A stretch of 64,000 nt of DNA. It comes from Candidatus Moraniibacteriota bacterium (GTDB taxonomy: Bacteria; Patescibacteriota; Minisyncoccia; Moranbacterales; UBA11712). Location: assembly GCA_043802865.1 (NCBI GenBank), contig JAZDKQ010000023.1, positions 607 to 64,606 on the forward strand. Direction: 5' to 3'. Position 1 is the stretch's first letter. Each line of letters starts with the position of its first letter. Of the stretch, positions 37,829 to 46,054 are shown piece after piece. The notes under the pieces are model-generated. The model was given only the letters and a program-made list of their open reading frames with translations, ran no database searches and had not been told where the DNA came from. Both the position numbers and the translations under genes were made by a program.

Positions 37829-38812
37829 TTGATTAATAAACCAAAAATTGTATTCTTCGGCACGCCGGAATTTGCGGCGGGGGTTTTGAAATCGCTTGTT
37901 GGCAACAAATACAATATTGCTTTTGTCTTCACTCAGCCGGACAAAAAAATTGGGAGAAGACAAGAAGTTGTTTTTTCTCCGGTGAAAGATTTGGCGCTGA
38001 AAAACAAAATTGAAATATTTCAGCCGGAAAGTTTGCGAGACAGTGAATTGGCCGAAAAGATTAAAAAAATTGGCGCTGATCTTTTTGTTGTCGCCGCGTA
38101 TGGGAAAATATTACCCAAAGATATATTGGAAATTCCAAAATATGGAGCGATAAACATTCACGCATCTCTCCTTCCAAAATATCGCGGAGCGTCGCCGGTG
38201 CAATGTGCTATCCTCTCTGGAGAAAAAGAAACAGGGATCACAGTGATGAAAATGAACGAAAAGATGGATGAGGGTGATATTTTGGCGCAGAAAAAGATAG
38301 AGATCGGCGAAAATGAAACGGCGGATTTATTGTTAAATAGGCTGTCAAAAATTGGAGCGGACATGATTGGCGAATTTATTCCCGACTGGATTTCCGGAAA
38401 AATAAAGTCGATTCCTCAAGATCAAAATATGGCGACTTATTGCAAGCCGGTCAAGCGCGAAGACGGGAGAATAGATTGGAATTGTCCCGCCGAAGAAATA
38501 AGCTGCAAATGGCGAGCCTATTATCCCTGGCCGGGAATATATTCAATAATAAATATCTCCGCCAGAGGCGGATCCGCCTTTGACGGAAAAAATCAGCCCA
38601 AAAGGCTGAAATTGTTGGAGATAGAGATTATTCCCAATATAAAGACTGGCGAAAAAACCGGGAAAATTATAGAATATGATCAGAAAGTTGCCGTTCAAAC
38701 GGAAATTGGATTGATAATTTTGAAAAAAGTTCAACTTGAAGGGAAGAAGGAAATAGATATCGATGAATTTTTGAGAGGCAATGTCGGATTCATTGGAAGT
38801 ATTTTGGAATAA
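37829..38812 (+). CDS. fmt: methionyl-tRNA formyltransferase, carrying an in-frame family-A element
   Basis: MINKPKIVFFGTPEFA; SLLPKYRGASPVQ; C-terminal domain present. TTG start. Confidence 0.85.
   Translation: MINKPKIVFFGTPEFAAGVLKSLVGNKYNIAFVFTQPDKKIGRRQEVVFSPVKDLALKNKIEIFQPESLRDSELAEKIKKIGADLFVVAAYGKILPKDILEIPKYGAINIHASLLPKYRGASPVQCAILSGEKETGITVMKMNEKMDEGDILAQKKIEIGENETADLLLNRLSKIGADMIGEFIPDWISGKIKSIPQDQNMATYCKPVKREDGRIDWNCPAEEISCKWRAYYPWPGIYSIINISARGGSAFDGKNQPKRLKLLEIEIIPNIKTGEKTGKIIEYDQKVAVQTEIGLIILKKVQLEGKKEIDIDEFLRGNVGFIGSILE
38557..38587. repeat. family-A element in-frame in fmt
   Basis: CTCCGCCAGAGGCGGATCCGCCTTTGACGGA encodes SARGGSAFDG in the C-terminal domain. Confidence 0.7.
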
Positions 38813-38816
38813 GCAT

Positions 38817-39638
38817 ATGCAAAACGAAAAAAATCAACACAAAGTTTTCGTAGTCGGATTTTCATTGATTGTCTTGCTTCTTCTTTGGTTTCTCCTGAAG
38901 CCTCTTGTTTCAAGCTGGAAAAATGGACAGCCGAGCAGAGACGAACAAAAAGCCAATGAAGAGATATTGAAGGCTCCTTCAGTGATGCCGGAAGATCTTT
39001 TCAAAAAAATTCAGAGCAAGTCGAAAATAGTTTTGGCGGACACAAGCAGTCCGAATGAATTCAGCCGCGGGCATATTGCGACGGCGGTGAATATTCAGGC
39101 GGACAAATTGGACAAAGATTTTTTTACGGCTCTTGGAGCGGATCAGACAGCGGATATATTCATTGTGAATCAAGGCGACAAATTGGCTGATCTGGCGACG
39201 GTTGTGAATAAAATAATTTCTCAAGGCTTCGTGAATGCCAAATATCTGCGGGGCGGCATTCCGGGCTGGCGGGAAAAGGGCTTTCCCCTCGTTTCTTTCG
39301 GCGGATCGGATCAAGACAGCGCGAAAGTCAAAAAAATAACGATCGACGAGATCAAAAAAGACGTTGAAATAACTGCCGATATTCTTCAGTTTTTGGATGT
39401 GCGAGGCAAGAATGATTTTGCGAAAGAGCGCGTTGTCGGAGCGATCAATGTGCCTCTTTCAGAACTTGAAACAAGGAAAAACGAAATTCCAGCCTTGAAG
39501 AAGATCATCGTATATGGATCAAATGAAAATGAAAGTTTTCAAGCGGCAGTGATTTTGTTTGATCTAAATTTTTTCAATATATATCAGATGGAAGGCGGAA
39601 TTGATCAGTGGAGAGCGGCGGGAGGAAACACCGAATAG
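38817..39638 (+). CDS. tandem rhodanese-like domain protein (both domains lack the catalytic Cys); N-terminal TM
   Basis: Two D..S..EF..GHI..A.NI-type rhodanese folds. NQGDK and YGSNENES replace the Cys loops. ATG at 38817. Confidence 0.55.
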   Translation: MQNEKNQHKVFVVGFSLIVLLLLWFLLKPLVSSWKNGQPSRDEQKANEEILKAPSVMPEDLFKKIQSKSKIVLADTSSPNEFSRGHIATAVNIQADKLDKDFFTALGADQTADIFIVNQGDKLADLATVVNKIISQGFVNAKYLRGGIPGWREKGFPLVSFGGSDQDSAKVKKITIDEIKKDVEITADILQFLDVRGKNDFAKERVVGAINVPLSELETRKNEIPALKKIIVYGSNENESFQAAVILFDLNFFNIYQMEGGIDQWRAAGGNTE

Positions 39639-39675
39639 TGATCAGTGAACAACGAACAATAATTTAGATAAAAAA

Positions 39676-39710
39676 AGAAACGAGATTATTCCCGTTTCTT
39701 TTTATTTTTC
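39676..39710. terminator. bidirectional terminator between the rhodanese gene and groES
   Basis: GAAACG-agattattcc-CGTTTC with an A-run before and a T-run after. Confidence 0.55.
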
Positions 39711-39718
39711 ACGAGTAA

Positions 39719-39991
39719 TTACTTCACGATCGCCAGTATATCTTCATTTTTCACCAGCAAATATTCTTTGTTTTTCACTTTGATCTCGTTTCCGGAATAT
39801 TTGGAATAGATCACTTTCTGCCCGGGCTTGACCTTGATCTTCTTGTCTTCACCTGTGGCGATCACTTTCCCTTCTTGCGGCTTTTCTCCGCTTGCGTCAG
39901 GAAGGACGATGCCGGAAGCGGTTTTTGTATCAACCTCCATAGGCTCGATAAGCACATTTTCGCCCAACGGCTGTATATTCGGCTTTGACAT
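39719..39991 (-). CDS. groES: co-chaperonin GroES
   Basis: IQPLGENVLIEP...GIVLPDASGEKPQEGKVIATG is canonical GroES. No groEL is adjacent. Confidence 0.85.
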   Translation of the reverse strand: MSKPNIQPLGENVLIEPMEVDTKTASGIVLPDASGEKPQEGKVIATGEDKKIKVKPGQKVIYSKYSGNEIKVKNKEYLLVKNEDILAIVK

Positions 39992-40041
39992 ATGTTTTTC
40001 TTGATCTAAATTATTATTGAAATTGCTCCCAGATATGTATT

Positions 40042-40356
40042 CTAGCTTTTTGGGGCTTGTTCGTCAAGTTCAGTTTTTGCATCTTCTGCTTTGACATTCA
40101 AAACCATTTTCTTGGTTTTTTGCGCGCTCTGTGTTTCAATCGGCTGCGGCGCGTCTGATTTTTTGGAAAAAGCGAAAATATAGATGATATCAAGAATTCC
40201 AAGAGTATTCACAATTAATAAAATAACAAACCAAGCAACGCTCCGGTTTCCGGCTGCGCGCCAAAGTGCCACGCCTTTCCATGGAATGATCCAAGCCGCG
40301 GCAAGGATGAAAATCCACTGATGAGCTGCGAGAAATGTCATGAAATTTTCAGGCAT
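40042..40356 (-). CDS. small two-TM membrane protein (DUF5652-like)
   Basis: AAHQWIFILAAAWIIPWKGVALWRAAGN..WFVILLIVNTLGILDIIY. ATG at 40356. Confidence 0.45.
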   Translation of the reverse strand: MPENFMTFLAAHQWIFILAAAWIIPWKGVALWRAAGNRSVAWFVILLIVNTLGILDIIYIFAFSKKSDAPQPIETQSAQKTKKMVLNVKAEDAKTELDEQAPKS

Positions 40357-40405
40357 AGTTTTATAGAAAATTATTTGGCAAGTCAGGATACATCGTGGAA
40401 CAATT

Positions 40406-40490
40406 TTAGTATAACATACGCGGGAATATTGGAGAATTGGGAAAGCGTTGAAGTGAAAATGGAACAAGTGAAAGTTTTGTTAAAATAAAA
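40406..40490 (-). promoter_or_regulatory. 85-nt leader/promoter module, copy 1 (paralogous to 41168-41252)
   Basis: About 80% identity to 41168-41252. Contains a TG-extended -10 (TGTTATACT) roughly 55 nt upstream of the ATG at 40356 and is preceded by a terminator hairpin. Confidence 0.5.
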
Positions 40491-40558
40491 AAACCGCCTC
40501 AACCGTTGGGTATCAGCGGGAGCAAGTAGGATTGCTCATGCCGTTTGTCTTACCAATC

Positions 40559-41014
40559 CTACCGGAGCATCACCACCGGCCAGATCCAAATTCCGATTCC
40601 GAGGATGTAGAGGAACCAGTAGTTCGTCCACAGCCAGCCGAGAGCGGGGTTGTGAAGTTCCCGCACGGTGCCGCGGAGATCGTTGAGCGCAACCTGGTAA
40701 GCGGTTTCATTTTTGGGAATATTTTTGATGCTGTCCAGGCGCTCGATGATACGGTTCAGCGCTTTGTAGTGAAGCGTCAGGTCATTGGCCGGTGTCTTGA
40801 AGACGAGGGCAAAATGGCCGCGGGTCATACCCCATTCCTCCATATTCTTTTTGAGGGTCTGGAGATACTCGACCATATCCTCCCGGTCTGCGGCCACCTG
40901 CGCCCGGTCAATCACGGCGTCGATATTACGTACTGCGCCGTAGCCAGTAATGACGAGGAAGCCTGTACAGGCCGCGGTCAAAATACAAGCGAAGATCAAA
41001 GCAACTTTCATCAT
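40559..41014 (-). CDS. hypothetical lipoprotein-like membrane protein (GC-rich island gene 1)
   Basis: Signal peptide with LTAAC lipobox-like motif, C-terminal TM. About 55% GC against a roughly 40% background. Strong SD AAGGAGA 8 nt upstream of the ATG. The plus-strand antisense ORF is rejected. Confidence 0.45.
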   Translation of the reverse strand: MMKVALIFACILTAACTGFLVITGYGAVRNIDAVIDRAQVAADREDMVEYLQTLKKNMEEWGMTRGHFALVFKTPANDLTLHYKALNRIIERLDSIKNIPKNETAYQVALNDLRGTVRELHNPALGWLWTNYWFLYILGIGIWIWPVVMLR

Positions 41015-41073
41015 GTCCAGATTCTCCTTTGAAAGGACTAGATTTTATAAAATTTTGTCCATTTGGACTTATC

Positions 41074-41102
41074 ATACTAGCACTTCTATTATTCTTTGTC
41101 AA
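41074..41102 (-). promoter_or_regulatory. sigma70-like promoter for 40559..41014
   Basis: Minus strand reads TTGACA-17 nt-TAGTAT about 55 nt upstream of the ATG. Confidence 0.45.
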
Positions 41103-41167
41103 TATCTAAAATAGGCTTATAAAAGCCCATTTGCTGGCACTCAAGGATATATTTGCGATTGATTTTA

Positions 41168-41252
41168 GTTTAACATATGCAGGGATTTTGGAAAATTGGG
41201 AGAGCGTCGAGGTGAGGTTGGAGAGAGTGAAAGTTTTGCTAAAAAAATAAGC
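41168..41252 (-). promoter_or_regulatory. 85-nt leader/promoter module, copy 2
   Basis: Paralogous to 40406-40490. Followed by terminator hairpin AAGCGGACATCACAGAAGTTCTGTGTGGTGTCCGCTT and a T-run on the minus strand. Confidence 0.5.
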
Positions 41253-41307
41253 GGACACCACACAGAACTTCTGTGATGTCCGCTTCTTGCAGGCGTTCGC
41301 GCTATGC

Positions 41308-41922
41308 TTAGCGCGCGCTGTTGGCCCGGGCTCGGGCGTAGCTTTGGGTATGGCCGGCTTTGACGATGTCGCCGGTCTGGTTGCATTTGAACTTGCCTCC
41401 GGTGAGCGGCTTGAAGGTCGTCTTCGGGGGCATCTTGACGGTGATGGCCATCGGTTTGTTCAACCCTTTCTTGGCCTTCTTGATCGCCGGACGGAGATGA
41501 TGAGCCATGTCGCTGAATCCCAGCGTCATGATATGCATACCGCGCCCGGCCCGTGTGGTGGTCTCTTCGTTAAGGTGCGCCATCACTTCAGCCGCGGCAA
41601 CCCTCGTGTTCGCCTTGTGAGTCGCCTCTATCGCAGGCGTAATCACTTGGCTGGACTTTCTGAGCTCGGCAACGGCATTTTCCGCCGCCTCGGGCCCGTT
41701 GTCCCGATTGTAGCCCCAGGTGTTGACCTCGTCTTTGGAAAGGTCGATTTTCATGACGCGCCCCTTGAGATAGTCGAAATTGGCGCCCATGCTCAGAATC
41801 TCTTTGGCCTCTGCCTCGGTCATCGGTTTGGGGTCATAGTGTATGAAACCCATACTCTGCGGCTTTGAGGCGTTGTACAACGCGGCGAGAACAGCTGCTC
41901 TATTGAGTCCCTTAACGTCCAT
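41308..41922 (-). CDS. hypothetical basic protein (GC-rich island gene 2)
   Basis: About 58% GC. Strong SD AGGAGGA 6 nt upstream of the ATG at 41922. No recognised domain. Alternative upstream ATG at 41982. Confidence 0.45.
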   Translation of the reverse strand: MDVKGLNRAAVLAALYNASKPQSMGFIHYDPKPMTEAEAKEILSMGANFDYLKGRVMKIDLSKDEVNTWGYNRDNGPEAAENAVAELRKSSQVITPAIEATHKANTRVAAAEVMAHLNEETTTRAGRGMHIMTLGFSDMAHHLRPAIKKAKKGLNKPMAITVKMPPKTTFKPLTGGKFKCNQTGDIVKAGHTQSYARARANSAR

Positions 41923-42038
41923 TCTATTCTCCTCCTGTATGCTCTTTAAAGTCTCGCGACTATTTATTTGTAAAATAACCATTCATAACTGACTGGGTAT
42001 CTTAGCACAAATAAAACAAGGAGTCAAGTGAAACAAAT

Positions 42039-42063
42039 AAAAAAGGCTTTTATAAGCCTTTTT
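42039..42063 (-). terminator. terminator (GGCTTTTATAAGCC core) downstream of 42095..42790
   Basis: AAAAAGGCTT-ttat-AAGCCTTTTT. Related hairpin GGCTTATAAAAGCC at 41121-41140. Confidence 0.5.
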
Positions 42064-42094
42064 GCTGGGATTGTGGGACGATGTTCGAACCTTT

Positions 42095-42790
42095 TTACTG
42101 GATTTTTGAGCTATTTAGTTCCTTTAACTTTTGATCCCACCATTTTTTTATAGTATCTGCATGAGTTTTCGGCCCAGCTTTACGGAAATACTCAAATTTC
42201 TCTTCGAACATTTTATGATGTTTTTTCAAATTCTCCTGACTTTTCAATGCCCATAAAGAATGTTTTAGCTCTGCATTTTCCTTTTTGGCTAGATATTCAG
42301 TCGGTAAATATCGGTTCGCCGATACGTCAAAATCGATTGGCTCTATTTGAAGATTATAATTTTTATCAAATATTTTTCTAGCCAACGCCTTTATTCGGTT
42401 CTCTCGGGTCTGTTCGCAAAAAATGAAAATATTTGCTTTTTTGATATTACTTTTACTTAAAATCTTTTTACTGTTAATTAAATTTTCAAGAGTTGATAGC
42501 GACTTGTTTTCTGAAATTAGAGTCCAATTCTTAGTGATTGATTTCAAAGATGGACTATCCTTGATCAATTTGGAAAAAAATTTGATCATCTCATCAGCCT
42601 CGGTTCTTTTATATGGTTTAAATCCGTCGGTATTTCCACCGCAAAAGATGATAATAGGTCTCGATATATCATTTTTTAGGACAGTACTATATATCTTATT
42701 GAAAACTATTTTCAAATAAAAATTATATTTTTCGTCTTTAAGGATATTCTTCGGCACTCCGTATCCGAAAACTATAAAAACATTGTTCAT
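42095..42790 (-). CDS. DUF218/YdcF-like protein (very AT-rich gene)
   Basis: IIIFCGGNTDG...EADEM pattern resembles DUF218. About 30% GC, clearly below the background. Confidence 0.4.
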   Translation of the reverse strand: MNNVFIVFGYGVPKNILKDEKYNFYLKIVFNKIYSTVLKNDISRPIIIFCGGNTDGFKPYKRTEADEMIKFFSKLIKDSPSLKSITKNWTLISENKSLSTLENLINSKKILSKSNIKKANIFIFCEQTRENRIKALARKIFDKNYNLQIEPIDFDVSANRYLPTEYLAKKENAELKHSLWALKSQENLKKHHKMFEEKFEYFRKAGPKTHADTIKKWWDQKLKELNSSKIQ

Positions 42791-42828
42791 AATATTTGTT
42801 TCAAAAAAATCAAAGAGTCTTAAATATC

Positions 42829-42901
42829 GGCTGGGGTGCTAGGATTCGAACCTAGGATCATGGGACCAGAACCCATTGCCTTACCACTTGGCTACACCCC
42901 A
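42829..42901 (-). tRNA. tRNA-Gln (anticodon CUG)
   Basis: TGGGGTGTAGCCAAGTGGTAAGGCAATGGGTTCTGGTCCCATGATCCTAGGTTCGAATCCTAGCACCCCAG. U1-A72 and G73 as in bacterial tRNA-Gln; anticodon loop TTCTGGT. Confidence 0.85.
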
Positions 42902-43155
42902 ATGTTATTATATTTTTCTATAATATCTCTTTTTTCTCCCACCCCACTATAACTTTTCAAATATTTTTCCCTTAATCTGGCTTCGGGCATCGATGTATGC
43001 TGTTCTGTGTATATTAGGGCAAATGGTCTTCTTGAACGAGTAGATTTAACTTTGCCTGAATTGTGATTAGATAACCTTTTCCTGACATCAGCAGTAATGC
43101 CGACGTAACAATTATCGTCTTGTAGGCTTTTAAGAATATAGAGGTAATATTTCAT
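42892..43155 (-). CDS. GIY-YIG nuclease-family small protein; stop codon lies inside tRNA-Gln (positions 8-10)
   Basis: MKYYLYILKSLQDDNCYVGITADVRKRLSNHNSG...RPFALIY matches the GIY-YIG core. ATG at 43155; the track extension to 43221 reads through the tRNA fragment. Confidence 0.6.
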   Translation of the reverse strand: MKYYLYILKSLQDDNCYVGITADVRKRLSNHNSGKVKSTRSRRPFALIYTEQHTSMPEARLREKYLKSYSGVGEKRDIIEKYNNIGV

Positions 43156-43157
43156 TG

Positions 43158-43214
43158 TTTTACCACTTGCCTGCCCGCGGCTGAGCCTTGGGCGCGGCCA
43201 GGGGCTACACCCCA
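43158..43214 (-). repeat. duplicated 5' end of tRNA-Gln (positions 1 to about 20) interrupted by a 33-nt GC-rich family-A-like insert
   Basis: Minus strand reads TGGGGTGTAGCC-[CCTGGCCGCGCCCAAGGCTCAGCCGCGGGCAGG]-CAAGTGGTAA, immediately upstream of the GIY-YIG ATG. Confidence 0.7.
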
Positions 43215-43254
43215 ATAACATCCCAGATTCTATAATATTTTGGGAAAAATATCA

Positions 43255-43283
43255 AGAAAAAAGCCGGAAGTCGGCTTTTTTGA
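43255..43283 (-). terminator. terminator downstream of ftsX
   Basis: AAAAAAGCCG-acttc-CGGCTTTTTT on the minus strand. Confidence 0.55.
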
Positions 43284-43322
43284 AATCCCCCCTTATCCCC
43301 CATTAGAAAGGAAAAAATTTTT

Positions 43323-44234
43323 TTATACTTTCAGATATCTTCGAATGGCGATGAAACTGCTGACGGTTCCCAAAGCAACGCCGGTGACGAGTTGGACGAG
43401 GAAAATGAGCCACAAATAGTGGATAAAGCTGTCTTGCACTTCTTTGATGGAAACTGCTCCGGCTATATAGGGCGCGGCAACCTTGACGAGTGGGAAAAGA
43501 ATGAGCATCACGGCGATTGCTGAAACAGTGCCATAGATTATCCCTTCAAAAATGAACGGCATCCGGATGTAGTGGTTCGACGCTCCGACAAGGCGCATGA
43601 TCTCGATTTCCTGCCGATGGGCGTATATCGTGATCCGGACCGCGTTGAAAGTGATTAGGACGGCGATCAAAGAGAATATAGTGGCCAGCATGATGCCGAC
43701 TTTTTTGGTTGTCGAAAGAACATTATTGAGCCGTTCAATGACGATTTTGTTTTTCGCATAGTTGATCCGGCTGATGTTGCTGGCGAAAGACGAATTTTGT
43801 ATCGCGGTTGCGATGATGTCGTATTTGTCCGGCGTGACGGCCTTTATGTTTATTGAAGCGTTCAGGGGGTTGTCTCCGATCGCCTCGATTGATTGCAAAA
43901 TCAGCGGATTGTCAGCGTTTTTGGATTTGAATTCGTCGAGAGCCCTGTCTTTTGAAATATAGTCGGCCGTTTTCACTTCTTTGTATTGCAAAACGGTTGA
44001 CCGGAATTCGAGTATTTTTGATTCCTCAACATCTCCCTTGAAATATACGCTGATATCCACCTTGTCCTGAACGGATCGGATCACAAGACTTGCGGCGATG
44101 GAAAGAACGATCAGCGTGCTGATGATGAGAAGCGTGAGGGAGATAATGCTGATCACGGCAAAGCTCAGCCATTCGTTGCGGCGAAAGTGGGTGAAACCGG
44201 ACTTGAACGTACGCGAGAGTGTGAGTAGCAGCAT
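43323..44234 (-). CDS. ftsX: cell-division permease FtsX
   Basis: N-terminal TM, large extracellular loop, three C-terminal TM segments; adjacent to ftsE. Confidence 0.75.
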   Translation of the reverse strand: MLLLTLSRTFKSGFTHFRRNEWLSFAVISIISLTLLIISTLIVLSIAASLVIRSVQDKVDISVYFKGDVEESKILEFRSTVLQYKEVKTADYISKDRALDEFKSKNADNPLILQSIEAIGDNPLNASINIKAVTPDKYDIIATAIQNSSFASNISRINYAKNKIVIERLNNVLSTTKKVGIMLATIFSLIAVLITFNAVRITIYAHRQEIEIMRLVGASNHYIRMPFIFEGIIYGTVSAIAVMLILFPLVKVAAPYIAGAVSIKEVQDSFIHYLWLIFLVQLVTGVALGTVSSFIAIRRYLKV

Positions 44235-44252
44235 TATTTTTGATTCGTGAAA

Positions 44253-44939
44253 TTAGATCGCATAACGGCCCTTGCTATGATCTCGGATTATTTTTCCTTG
44301 ATCAAGGGTGATGACGCGTTTTTTCAGGCGATTGACGATATCCTTGTTGTGCGTTGCCAGGAGAACGGTTGTGCCGAGTTTGTTGATCTTTAGAAGCAAT
44401 TGGATGATCCCCCAACTGCTGATTGGGTCGAGATTTCCGGTCGGCTCGTCGGCAATGATGAGCGGCGGACGGTGAACAAGCGCCCGGGCAATCGCCACTC
44501 TCTGCTGTTCTCCTCCCGAAATTTCACGGGGATAGCTGTCTGTTTTGTGCGCGAGTCCCACGATCTCAAGAATTTGCGGAACCAATTCGCAGATTTCCTG
44601 TTCGCTGTGGTCGGATACTTCAAGCGCAAATGCCACATTTTCGAAAAGAGTTTTTTTGGGGAGCAATTTGAAATCCTGAAAAACTGTTCCGATCCGCCGG
44701 CGATAAAAAGGCAATTGCTTGGGAGTCAGGTGGGAAATGTCCTCTTCATTGAAAAAGATTTCGCCTGTTGTCGGTTTTTCTTCGGCATAAAGAAGTTTGA
44801 GGAGCGTCGATTTTCCTGCTCCGCTGTGCCCGACAAGAGAAACAAATTCTTCTTTTTGGATGATGAAATTGATGTCGTCAAGAGCGACGGTATGTATTCC
44901 TCCGGTATATATTTTTTTGACGTTTCGGAACTCGATCAT
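44253..44939 (-). CDS. ftsE: cell-division ABC ATPase FtsE
   Basis: Walker A GHSGAGKST and ABC signature LSGGEQQRVAIARAL. Confidence 0.85.
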   Translation of the reverse strand: MIEFRNVKKIYTGGIHTVALDDINFIIQKEEFVSLVGHSGAGKSTLLKLLYAEEKPTTGEIFFNEEDISHLTPKQLPFYRRRIGTVFQDFKLLPKKTLFENVAFALEVSDHSEQEICELVPQILEIVGLAHKTDSYPREISGGEQQRVAIARALVHRPPLIIADEPTGNLDPISSWGIIQLLLKINKLGTTVLLATHNKDIVNRLKKRVITLDQGKIIRDHSKGRYAI

Positions 44940-44942
44940 TTT

Positions 44943-46026
44943 TTATTTTTTACTGAGATACGACTCAATGAACCCGTTCAAATTTCCATCCAGCACTTCT
45001 TCCGGGTTTTTGGATTCAAATTTTGTTCGGTGGTCTTTGACGAGCTTGTATGGATGCAAGATATACGATCGGATCTGGCTTCCCCACTGGACTTCGGTGT
45101 GCTCGCCTTTGATTTCTTTCTTTTCTTTTTCTTTGTTTTCCAGATATTTTTGGTGCAATTTCGCTTTCAGAATTTTCATCGCCTGATCCTTGTTTTGAAG
45201 CTGGCTCCTTTCGTTTTGGGAGCTTATGACAATACCCGATGGGATGTGCGTCACGCGAACGGCGCTGTCGGTCTTGTTGACAGATTGGCCGCCGGCTCCC
45301 GAGGATCGGAAAGTGTCGATCTTCAATTCGCTCGGGTCAATTTCAACTCCTTCTATTTTATCAATTTCTGGCAAAACTTCAACCAGCGCGAAAGAAGTCT
45401 GGCGAAGATTTTTGGCGTTGAACGGGGAAAGGCGCACCAAACGATGCACTCCCGCTTCTGCCCGGAGATATCCGTAGGCGAGTTTTCCAACAATTTCTAT
45501 TGTCGCACTTTTGATTCCGGCTTCCTGTCCGCGCGATTCGGAAATCAGTTTCGCTTTCCATTTTTTTCGCTCAGCGAATCGGAGAAACATTTTGAGGAGC
45601 ATTTCGGCCCAATCCTGCGCGTCCGTTCCTCCGGTTCCACTATGGATCGAAAGAATGGCGTTGCTTTGGTCATAAACTCCGCGGAAAAGCGTTTCGAACT
45701 CGATATTTTCAATATCTTTTTCAATGTTTCGGTTTTTTTCTTCGATCTCCTGCTTGATCTCCGGGTCATTCGCGGCAAGACCAGCCATTTCTTTCAAATT
45801 GTCAACTTCTGTCTCGAGTTCGCTCAATTTCTTGATATCGCCTCTCAATCCCTCCAGTTCTTGCATCGTTTTCTGCGCTGATTCCTGATTTTGCCAAAAA
45901 TTTTCGCTGTTTGATATTTTTTCAAGTTTGTCAATTTTTGTTTTCTTTTGAGGCAAGTCAAAGACGGTCGCTTACGGAAGCGATTCGATCTCGGAGCTCG
46001 TCAAGTTTTGTGATGATTTCTTGCAT
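44943..46026 (-). CDS. prfB: peptide chain release factor 2 with programmed +1 frameshift
   Basis: SPF and GGQ motifs. ORF0 from ATG 46026 reads MQEIITKLDELRDRIASVSDRL then UGA at the canonical CTT-TGA-C context (minus strand, about 45957-45963). The +1 frame continues DLPQKK... for about 360 aa in total. Confidence 0.8.
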
Positions 46027-46054
46027 TGATTTTATTATATCATATATTTCGCCA

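Noticed and set aside
40532-41032. 166-aa plus-strand ORF opposite the island gene 40559..41014
   Set aside because: The minus-strand ORF has a signal peptide, a C-terminal TM, an SD and a promoter. The plus ORF has an odd composition and no SD.
42061-42094. tRNA T-loop-like GTTCGAACC near the DUF218 gene
   Set aside because: No acceptor, D or anticodon stems can be built around it.
44400-45881. 493-aa plus-strand ORF antisense to ftsE and prfB
   Set aside because: Overlaps two confidently identified minus-strand genes; no motifs; low-complexity. Judged spurious.
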